A stretch of DNA of 64,000 nucleotides from assembly GCA_044229975.1 (NCBI GenBank), contig JBGARZ010000003.1:32001-96000 (forward strand), in the 5' to 3' direction. Source of the stretch: Polyangiales bacterium. GTDB lineage: Bacteria > Myxococcota_A > Polyangia > Polyangiales > Ga0077539. A model generated the notes under the pieces. That model made no database searches and was not told where the DNA came from. It worked only from the letters and a program-made list of their open reading frames with translations. Below are positions 20,980 to 28,935 of this stretch, in pieces (position 1 is the stretch's first letter; every line of letters starts with the position of its first letter). Position numbers and translations under genes: made by a program.

Positions 20980-22509
20980 GTGTTCGGCGTCGCGGCGGTG
21001 TCACTCGCGCAGCTCCTGTCGACGTTCCCGGTGCCCGACCCGCCCGCGGCCGCGAGCGCGACGTTTGTGTTGGCCGAGGCCCGCGCAAACTGGTCCGAGG
21101 CCCTCGCCCACAACGACTACCGCGAGGATGCCCCGGCGGTGCGCGCCCTGGCCGACACCCTCGCCCCACAGCTCGTCAGCCTGTGGGGCACGGCATCGGG
21201 CGGCGGCGACCTGCGCGCGCAGCTCCTCGAACTGATGGACGCCACGGCCGGCGACGGCCTCCGCCCCTTGCTGCGCGCGAACCCGCTCCTCGCCGAGGTC
21301 CTCGGCGCCTCGTGGCTCCGCTGGCACGACGAGCTGCCGCTCATCCCGCTCACCGAAGCCGCGCCGCGCATGCTCGGGGTTCGCTCGCTCGCGACGCACC
21401 GTCCCGCCCAGGCCGTTGCGCCGCTCCTCCGGTGGTTCGCCGACACCGATGTCCACTCGCGCGACGGCGCCTGCCAGGCGGCGCTGCTGCTCCCCCTCAC
21501 CCACCGACGGCGCGTCCTCGATGCGGTGCTCCCGCAGCTCACCGCCATCGCGCCCGCCGACAACTGGCCCGCGTGCATCCGCCTCGTCATCGATCACCCG
21601 GTCGGTCGTCGGTGGCTACAAGCCGCGGTGCTCTCCCCGGCCAACGCCCCGCGCACCAACGGCCCCGAACGCTGGCCCGCCCTCGCCGCCACCCTGCTCG
21701 TCGCCTCCGGGCCCGTCGACCCGCGCTTGTCCGCAGCCCTCACGCGTTGGACGACCTTCCTCTCGACGCAGGCCGAGGGTCCCTTCCGCCGGGAGCTCGT
21801 GACGGCGCTGGAGATCCAGTCGCCGCGATGGCCCGACACCGCCCCTGCCCGCCGCCCCGCGGTGCTCGCGCTCCTCCATGCGACGGGCACCGAGGGCGTC
21901 CGCCTCTGGCCGCTGCGCCGCGCGCTCGGTGACCCGTTGCTCTTCCGCGACGCCGTCCACGCGATGGCCTCTCCGTCCCTGCAACCGCCGACGTGGGCGG
22001 TGGCCCTGCGCGTCGTCGGGCTCACGGCACCGCTCGATCCGGCCGGTCGCGCGGAGGCCATCGAGGCGGTCGACCTCCTGCGCTCGCGGCTGCGCTCGTG
22101 GGCCATCGACACCGTGTCTCCGCGCGACATCGAGCGCTGGCGCGCCGCCATCATCGACGCCCGACCCTGCGCGGGGCCCACCTGCGCCGAGACCCTGGAG
22201 CGCGCCGACGATCCGCACGCGGCGCGCACCCTGGCGCTCGGCGCTCCGCTCGAAGACCCGGCGGTCGCTCGCGTGGTGGTGCGACGGGTGGCCACGGCGG
22301 GGGAAGAGTTCGTGTCAACGGACGTGCGGCTGCCGACGCCGTCCGCGCTGGCGATGGTGGCGCTGTCGTCGGTCACGCGCTGCGGGTCGACCCTGCGTGG
22401 CCTCACCTTCGCGCGCCCCACGACCCGCATCGACAGCCACGACCACGCGCTCGACCCCTGGCGCGATCGCCTCGCCGGGTGGTGCGCCAACAGCCCGAGA
22501 CGCCCATGA
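20980..22509 (+). CDS. Hypothetical alpha-helical protein
   Basis: 509-aa ORF with protein-like composition; its stop overlaps the next ATG (ATGA). Confidence 0.55.
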   Translation: MFGVAAVSLAQLLSTFPVPDPPAAASATFVLAEARANWSEALAHNDYREDAPAVRALADTLAPQLVSLWGTASGGGDLRAQLLELMDATAGDGLRPLLRANPLLAEVLGASWLRWHDELPLIPLTEAAPRMLGVRSLATHRPAQAVAPLLRWFADTDVHSRDGACQAALLLPLTHRRRVLDAVLPQLTAIAPADNWPACIRLVIDHPVGRRWLQAAVLSPANAPRTNGPERWPALAATLLVASGPVDPRLSAALTRWTTFLSTQAEGPFRRELVTALEIQSPRWPDTAPARRPAVLALLHATGTEGVRLWPLRRALGDPLLFRDAVHAMASPSLQPPTWAVALRVVGLTAPLDPAGRAEAIEAVDLLRSRLRSWAIDTVSPRDIERWRAAIIDARPCAGPTCAETLERADDPHAARTLALGAPLEDPAVARVVVRRVATAGEEFVSTDVRLPTPSALAMVALSSVTRCGSTLRGLTFARPTTRIDSHDHALDPWRDRLAGWCANSPRRP

Positions 22510-24587
22510 CTCGCGCCGCGTGGGTCTGGTTGCTGGTCGCGTTGGGTTGCGCCGGAGCGCGGGTGGCTCCGGTCCGTCGGCGCACGCCCGCGGTCGCCGT
22601 GACCGCCCGCGTGGCCGCCGCGACGCCGCCGTCGGCCGCGTGGACCCGCATCGCGCCGCGGCACGTCTCGGGGCGCATCGAAGACGTCGCGGCGCTCGCC
22701 GACGGGCACTTCGTGGTGCTGGTCGGAACCTCCCTGCTCGGGGTGAGCCCGCGCGGCGCAGTCACGGAGGCGTGCGACCTCGACCCCAACGAGGAGGTGC
22801 GCGGACTCCACGCGAGCAACACGGGTTGGTGGGCCATCGCGGGCGACGTCGCGGCTCCGACGTTCTGGCGCGGCGACGCCACGAGCGCACCGTGTCGACG
22901 CTCCGTTCTCCCGCCCCTCGTCGCGCGCGACGCCCCACCTGGGGCACTGCACTCGGCCCGCGTCGGCGACGAGGCCATGGTCTGGTCGAGCGCCGGACCG
23001 ATGCTCCGCTCGCGCGACGGCGGACGCACGTGGGAGAGGGTTCCGCCGCTGCCCGACGTGTTGGCGGTGACCGTGAGCGGGGCCACCCTCTACGCCGCGG
23101 CGCAGCTCGGCGGACCGTCGAGCCGATCGCCCTTCGGCTCCACCGGCTACGCCCTCTTCTCCCTCGGCGACACCGACGAACACTGGATCTCCTGGGAGAC
23201 CCCCGGCGATCGCACCGCGCCCGTCGCGCTGCTGCCCCGCGCGGGCGGCGGGGTGATCGGCGTCGACGCGCTCGGCCGTTTCGAGTCCGGGCCACCCGGG
23301 GTGCCTTCCACCGCGGAGGTCTCGGGGCCCCTGTTCACGCGCGATCGTCCGACGCTCCTGATTCCCGCAGGCGACGACGTGGTGGTGGGCCTCGGACCGC
23401 AGTTGTTGTTTGAGCACCGCGACGGGCACTGGCGACCACTGCGTCCGCTGCCCGACGGGCGACGCGCCACTGCCATGGACGCGCGCGCCGACGGAACACT
23501 CGCGCTCACCGACGGACACCAGGTCTGGCAGGTGCACCCAGGCGGCGCCCCGGAGCTGGTGTTGTCCTCGCCGCTCGGGGGCCGACTCCCCGAGAGAATC
23601 GCGGCATCGGGGGCAGTGATCGCCGTGGTCTCGACCCACGGTGCGACCATTCCTCGCGACAGCGCGAGGCGGGATCGCATCCTCGCGGGGCGTGTCTTCT
23701 CGTCGGGCGGAGCGCTCTCCATCACGCGCGACGGCGGCGAGACGTGGCGCACCGAGGTGCTCCCCGAAGGCGCCGCGAGGGAGTCGACGCGCGGCCTCAC
23801 GGTGCTGCCCGACGGCCTGGTGGCGCTCATCACCGGACGATTGGAACAGGACGGACCCGTGGCGAGCCTGTGGGTGAGCGACAGCTCATTGCGGCGCGTC
23901 GACCTGCCGCACGGAGCGAGGGTCTTCGAGCCTTCGGGCGCGTCCTTGCACGCGGTGGGTGATCGCTGGTTGTTGCTCGCGGGCGACGTCTTCGTCTCGG
24001 ACGATCTCGGCGGACGATGGCGTCGCGTCCTCGGCCCGCCGTCTGGTGCCGACCCGCGCTGGAGCGTCGCTGCGCTCGCCACGTCCGCGGGTCGCGAGGT
24101 GTTCGCGCTCGACGCGGCGGGCGTGCTCTGGCGGAGCGACGACGCGGGCGATGAGTGGGTCGCGCTGCCGGGCGCCGCGCCCGCGCCCATCGATGCCAAT
24201 CCGAACCGCCTCCGTAGCGCGTGGCTGTCGTGGGACGGCGGTTCGTCGTTGGTCGGGAGCCGCCAGGGTCAGCTCCGGCGCTACGAGCGTGACGGGCGTT
24301 CGGTGCAGATCGAAACGATGCGGTCGGCCAGCTTCGGGGCGATGGTTGGCGGCGCGGTGGTGGTGGCCGCCGCGAGCAACTCGCGCGAGTGCCCGCGTGA
24401 CGTCGATTCGATGCTGTTCGTCATCGGGTCGGCGAACCCGCCTGAGCACATCGTCGACGCGTGCGACCACACTGGCGTGGCCTTCGCGCGCGACGGCGAT
24501 GCGCTCTACGTCGCCAACGCCGACGGTGTCATCGAGCGCGCCAGCCTCGCCGGCCTCCAGCGCGAGTCCGTCGAGCGCGGCCCGTAG
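22506..24587 (+). CDS. Lipoprotein with BNR/Asp-box repeats (beta-propeller)
   Basis: Lipobox ALGC; Asp-box motifs SRDGGRTW, TRDGGETW, SDDLGGRW, SDDAGDEW. Confidence 0.7.
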   Translation: MTRAAWVWLLVALGCAGARVAPVRRRTPAVAVTARVAAATPPSAAWTRIAPRHVSGRIEDVAALADGHFVVLVGTSLLGVSPRGAVTEACDLDPNEEVRGLHASNTGWWAIAGDVAAPTFWRGDATSAPCRRSVLPPLVARDAPPGALHSARVGDEAMVWSSAGPMLRSRDGGRTWERVPPLPDVLAVTVSGATLYAAAQLGGPSSRSPFGSTGYALFSLGDTDEHWISWETPGDRTAPVALLPRAGGGVIGVDALGRFESGPPGVPSTAEVSGPLFTRDRPTLLIPAGDDVVVGLGPQLLFEHRDGHWRPLRPLPDGRRATAMDARADGTLALTDGHQVWQVHPGGAPELVLSSPLGGRLPERIAASGAVIAVVSTHGATIPRDSARRDRILAGRVFSSGGALSITRDGGETWRTEVLPEGAARESTRGLTVLPDGLVALITGRLEQDGPVASLWVSDSSLRRVDLPHGARVFEPSGASLHAVGDRWLLLAGDVFVSDDLGGRWRRVLGPPSGADPRWSVAALATSAGREVFALDAAGVLWRSDDAGDEWVALPGAAPAPIDANPNRLRSAWLSWDGGSSLVGSRQGQLRRYERDGRSVQIETMRSASFGAMVGGAVVVAAASNSRECPRDVDSMLFVIGSANPPEHIVDACDHTGVAFARDGDALYVANADGVIERASLAGLQRESVERGP

Positions 24588-24646
24588 CGAGAGTCGGCTC
24601 GGGTGCGGGTCACGCCGCGACGGCGGTGGCCGCCGCCGGGCGCTGC

Positions 24647-25420
24647 CTATCGATCGCGCGGTCGCGTCGCGTCGGCACGCAGGCGGGCGAGCTCGGCTTC
24701 GGCGGCGTCCGCGCGAGCTCGTTCGGCGTCCGCGCGAGAGCGCTCCGCTTCGACGCGAGCACGCTCTGCCTCGACGAGGGCGAGTGCGGTCTCCTTGGCA
24801 GCGCGTTCGGCGTCGGCGCGCTCGCCGTCGGTGGGGAGGAGATCATCCCCGTGGGGGCCGGTGGCGACACGCAGCCGGGGGTGACCGCCGTCGTCAACCA
24901 ATCGCACCCACGCTCCGAGCGCCCGCGACTCGACGCGGTCGCCGCCGCCCGCGAACACCCGCACGAACCCCCTGCCCCGCACCCGGCGGAAGACCTGCCA
25001 GCGAACCCGCCGCTGGCTCCGCGGTCGCGCGCCCGGGTCGAAGACCACCACCCCGTCGGCGCGCATCGCCTCGTAGTCGCGCGGGGCGTCGTCGTAGTCC
25101 TTCTGCCACTTCCCGCTGACCACCTCGAGCGCGAAGGCCGGCCGGTGGCCCTCCCAGGTACACCAGCTCGGGCGGTCGGGCTCGCTCGGGGCGACGCCGT
25201 CGACCACGTACACGTCGGGCGCACGGCAGCGCTGCGGATCACCCTTCGCGAAGTACCAGAACTGGTTGCCCGACACGCGGGCCACGCGCTTCTGCGCCGC
25301 GAGCAGCGCGGCGATGAGCGGCACGAGCAGGTGCGCGATCTTGAACTGCGTCTCGTGCTCCCCTTCGTCATCCGACTCCGGGTAGACCACCAGCGCAGAA
25401 CGGGGCTTCGCGGCATCCAT
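24647..25420 (-). CDS. Uma2-family (PD-(D/E)XK) protein with C-terminal coiled-coil repeats
   Basis: APDVYVV, PAFALEVVS, KDY, VVFDP; AERARADAE tail typical of myxobacterial/cyanobacterial Uma2. Confidence 0.85.
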   Translation of the reverse strand: MDAAKPRSALVVYPESDDEGEHETQFKIAHLLVPLIAALLAAQKRVARVSGNQFWYFAKGDPQRCRAPDVYVVDGVAPSEPDRPSWCTWEGHRPAFALEVVSGKWQKDYDDAPRDYEAMRADGVVVFDPGARPRSQRRVRWQVFRRVRGRGFVRVFAGGGDRVESRALGAWVRLVDDGGHPRLRVATGPHGDDLLPTDGERADAERAAKETALALVEAERARVEAERSRADAERARADAAEAELARLRADATRPRDR

Positions 25421-25482
25421 GACGGTCGCTGTATCACGCGCATCGACGCCCGCGCGCTGACCCCGTTCGCGGCCTGCGTGAG

Positions 25483-26268
25483 CTACCAGCCCGCGCGCTG
25501 CACGACCCAGCCCACCGCCGCACGAACGCCCGCGCCCGCCCAGAGCAGCGAGCGCGTCGCCGCTTCCGATGTCGCGCAGACCTCCGTCGTCGGCAGCGCC
25601 GTCCAGCCCGAGGCGTCGAGGCTCGACCGCGCCGACTCGGAGAGCGCGACGACGAAGCGCACCCCCAGCGAGCGAGCATCGCGCTCCAGCCCCATGAGCT
25701 CAAGCAGCGCAGAGGCATCACCCACGGCGTCGAGCGTGAGGTCGAGCAGCACCGCCTCGGCATCGCCACGCAGCAGGCGCGAGGCGGCCCGTGACACGAC
25801 CTCACGCGCTCCCTCCGCGTCGACCGCGCCGACGCCCGACACCAACCAGCGCCGCGGCGCGACCTCCAGCACCGTCACCGTCGCCGCCACCGTCGCGAGA
25901 ATCGCCGCGCGAGCCCGGTCTTCCCTGCCGCGCGCATAACCATCGAGGAGCAGCGGCCACAGCCCATCGAGCACGACCGCCGACTCAGCGCTCACGGCTT
26001 CGCGCCAGGCCAGCATGGCGCCTGCGACCACGCCGGGCGCGTACGACTGATCACCCAGGCGATACGCGAAGAGCAGGGCCAGCGAGCGCGCCTCGCTCCA
26101 GCGAACGTCGGCGGGAGCAAGCCCGTCGCAGCGACGCGCGGACTCCACGAAGGGTCGCAGCTCGTCGCCCAGGGTGACGACCCGATCGGGCGACTCTCCA
26201 GCCAACAAAGGCGAGACCGCGAGCGCCTCGCGAACCCTCTGGAGCGTGGCCTCGGGCTCCGGCTCCAT
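25483..26268 (-). CDS. Degenerate RsbR-like STAS-domain protein
   Basis: C-terminal VGAVDAEGA...AVLLDLT...ARSLGVRFVV matches STAS topology; helical N-terminal domain; starts 5 nt after the GT gene stop. Confidence 0.55.
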   Translation of the reverse strand: MEPEPEATLQRVREALAVSPLLAGESPDRVVTLGDELRPFVESARRCDGLAPADVRWSEARSLALLFAYRLGDQSYAPGVVAGAMLAWREAVSAESAVVLDGLWPLLLDGYARGREDRARAAILATVAATVTVLEVAPRRWLVSGVGAVDAEGAREVVSRAASRLLRGDAEAVLLDLTLDAVGDASALLELMGLERDARSLGVRFVVALSESARSSLDASGWTALPTTEVCATSEAATRSLLWAGAGVRAAVGWVVQRAGW

Positions 26269-26273
26269 GGCGA

Positions 26274-28925
26274 TCAGCGGCTCGCGCTGCCGTGCCCGAG
26301 CGTCGCCTCGACCAGCACGAACTTGTTGCCCTCGGCCTCGGTGCTGATGGTGCGCCCCGTGCCGCCGGTCTGCGTGATAAGCGCCAGCAGGCCCTGCACC
26401 CGCGAGTGCTCGGTGACGAAAAACGCCCGCTGTCCGGGGTGCTCGCGGATCCACTCGGCGGTGGTGCCGGTGCAGTACTTGAGCCCGCACTCCATCGCGA
26501 CGAGGTGGTTGCCGGTGTAGAAGTTCTCGCCCTTCCAGTTCATCTGGTGGGCGATGAGGGGATCGAAGGCGAAGCGCGGGTCGGCGTTGGGCGCCGGGCG
26601 CGGACGCCGCCGGGCGTAGTACCGCTCGAAGAGCGGGCGCTGCGACCAGTGGGGCGTCAGCGCGATCATGTAGTAGTCGAGCGACCAGCCGGCGAAGAGC
26701 ACCGCGAGGCACACCAGCGCCCCAGCCATCGCGCCCCGGATGCGCGGCACCGCGAGCAGCACCAGCAGCAGGGCCGCGACCACCGTGAACGCCAGCAGCA
26801 TCGGCGAGAAGTCGAGAAACCTCGTCGGCCAGGCGCGGTCGTAGTTGTAGACGAAGAGATGGATGAGCCGCTCGCTGCCGGGCGGCGAGCTGCGGCGGGC
26901 CACGAGGTCGCGCCCCACGAGGCCCGTCACGCAAGCGCCGAGGATGCCCAGCGCGCCCAGCATCGAGTCCCAACGCGATGATGCGGCCGGGTCGCGGCGA
27001 TCCATCCGCCAGGAGGCCAGGAGCGCCGTCACTCCCACGCCCACCAGGGCGCCACCGAGCGCGGGGTTGCCGCTCAGGGCGTCGCCGTGCTCGCCGAGAT
27101 GTCCGCTCCACGAGCCCGCGGCGCGCGCGACACCTGCGACGAGCAGGGCCACACCCACGAGCCGGGCGAGCCAGAGGTCCCACTGCGGCGCGGTGTCTTC
27201 CTTCGCCTCGGGCATGAGCCGGTTGAGGAGGAGGCCCACCATCACCGCGGCGCCGGGGAGCGCCGGGAAGATGTAGTGGTGAAACTTGGTGACCATCGCG
27301 CTGAAGAGCACGAAGGCCACGGCGAACCACATGAGCCCGATGCGGGCGACGTCGCGCTGCGCCTGCGTCGCGCTCGCCGGGACCACCACGCGACCGGCCA
27401 TGATGGCGACCGGCACGAGGCCCGACCACGGGAACATCGCGTACCCGAGCTGCCACAGGAAGTAGCGCACGGGCCCCGTGTCGCCGTGCACGCCGACCAT
27501 CGTGCGGTTGATGATGTCGTGGATGATGAAGCGCTGGATGAACTCGTACCCGAGGCGCCCGGTGATGGCGACGTACCAGGGCATCCCGACGAGCAGGAAC
27601 AGCAGCACACCGAGCCCGAGGCGGATCTCCTTGAGTTCGCGCCAGCGCCCCGAGCCCGCGTAGTGGAGCAGCGCAACGGCGCCAGGGATGGCGAGACCGG
27701 CGGGGCCCTTGCCCATCGTCGCGACGGCGCACCACACGTAGAAGAGCGCGAAGTAGAGGCCGCGCTGACTGCGCTCGCGACGGATGCCCCAGAGCGCCCA
27801 CACGAGCAGCGCCGACCAGATGAGACCCTGAAGAACCGACGGGAAGAAGGGCACCGCGCCCGCGAGACGCTCCCAGGCGGGAGAGCCCGGCACGTTGGGT
27901 GCGCCGCCGACGCCAGAGTTGCCTGCGGAGCCGATGTAGAAGGTCTCGACGGGAAACTGGATGGGGCCCAGTCGGTTGGCCGCGAGCATGCGGCCGCACT
28001 GCTGCGCGTTGGCGTCGGCGGTGCAGCCGAGCGCGACGGTGCGGGTGAGGAGGTACGTGACCTGCGGGAGCACGAACAGCAGCACCGCGCCGACGGTGAG
28101 ATGCCAGAGCGAGACCCTCAGCGTGAAGCGCCCGATGCGGATGGCGCGGGCCTTCGCAAGCTCGGACGGGTCGCTCACCACCGCGAGCGTGAACATGCTC
28201 AGGGCGAGCGTGAGCGACGCCACGAAGGGCATGTCGGTCATCGCCTGGTGCGTGAGGAAGAACCACTGCGGCATGGTGGCGAGCACCAGCGCGGCGAGCA
28301 TCCCGGCGCGCGGCCCCCAGGCGCGCGAGACGGCGCGGTAGAGGGCCCAGAGCGCGCCCATCGCGAGCGCGCAGATGGGCAGCCGGATGAACCACTCCTG
28401 GAGGTTGGGGCCCGCGTCGGCCGCGATGCGCACGCCAAAGGGCGCGCCGAGCGACATGCCGAGGGCGCTCATCCAGAAGATGAGCACCGGCTTCGACATG
28501 AACCACCCTTCCTGGGCCCACCAGGTGGTGATCCAGTCGTCGCGGGCGAGGATCTCGCGGGCCACCTCGGAGTAGTGCGTCTCCCACGGGTCCCAGAGCC
28601 CGAACGCCCCGGCCATCGGCAGGTACAGCGCGCCGGTGACGAGCACCACGATGACGCCCTCGCGGCGCCACCACGGGCGAGCATCGATGACGGGCTCGAC
28701 CTCGTCGCCGCGCAGGTCGAGGGGCGAGTCGCCGAGCAGCCCGAGGATGCCCACCACCGCGACCAGCACCAGCGCGATGCCAAGCCACGCGCCGGCGGGG
28801 AAGTGCCCCGGCCAGCGCATCAGCCCGGCGAGCAGCACCAGCGGCGCGATGGTCAACGCGAGGTCGCGCTTCCGTCGGGCGGGCACGTCGTGGGCGGTGT
28901 CGATCTCCGCTTCGCGATACGCCAT
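26274..28925 (-). CDS. GT-C fold membrane glycosyltransferase (ArnT/PMT-like, GT83/GT39), paralog 2
   Basis: LWDPWETHYSEVAREIL, SKPVLIFW, MTDMPF, MGKGPAG, TKFHHYIFPALP; many TM helices. Confidence 0.88.
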   Translation of the reverse strand: MAYREAEIDTAHDVPARRKRDLALTIAPLVLLAGLMRWPGHFPAGAWLGIALVLVAVVGILGLLGDSPLDLRGDEVEPVIDARPWWRREGVIVVLVTGALYLPMAGAFGLWDPWETHYSEVAREILARDDWITTWWAQEGWFMSKPVLIFWMSALGMSLGAPFGVRIAADAGPNLQEWFIRLPICALAMGALWALYRAVSRAWGPRAGMLAALVLATMPQWFFLTHQAMTDMPFVASLTLALSMFTLAVVSDPSELAKARAIRIGRFTLRVSLWHLTVGAVLLFVLPQVTYLLTRTVALGCTADANAQQCGRMLAANRLGPIQFPVETFYIGSAGNSGVGGAPNVPGSPAWERLAGAVPFFPSVLQGLIWSALLVWALWGIRRERSQRGLYFALFYVWCAVATMGKGPAGLAIPGAVALLHYAGSGRWRELKEIRLGLGVLLFLLVGMPWYVAITGRLGYEFIQRFIIHDIINRTMVGVHGDTGPVRYFLWQLGYAMFPWSGLVPVAIMAGRVVVPASATQAQRDVARIGLMWFAVAFVLFSAMVTKFHHYIFPALPGAAVMVGLLLNRLMPEAKEDTAPQWDLWLARLVGVALLVAGVARAAGSWSGHLGEHGDALSGNPALGGALVGVGVTALLASWRMDRRDPAASSRWDSMLGALGILGACVTGLVGRDLVARRSSPPGSERLIHLFVYNYDRAWPTRFLDFSPMLLAFTVVAALLLVLLAVPRIRGAMAGALVCLAVLFAGWSLDYYMIALTPHWSQRPLFERYYARRRPRPAPNADPRFAFDPLIAHQMNWKGENFYTGNHLVAMECGLKYCTGTTAEWIREHPGQRAFFVTEHSRVQGLLALITQTGGTGRTISTEAEGNKFVLVEATLGHGSASR

Positions 28926-28935
28926 CGGTGGGTTC

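Noticed and set aside
24660..24830. Short tandem repeats resembling a CRISPR or mobile repeat
   Set aside because: They encode the AERARAD coiled-coil tail of the Uma2 protein; there are no unique spacers
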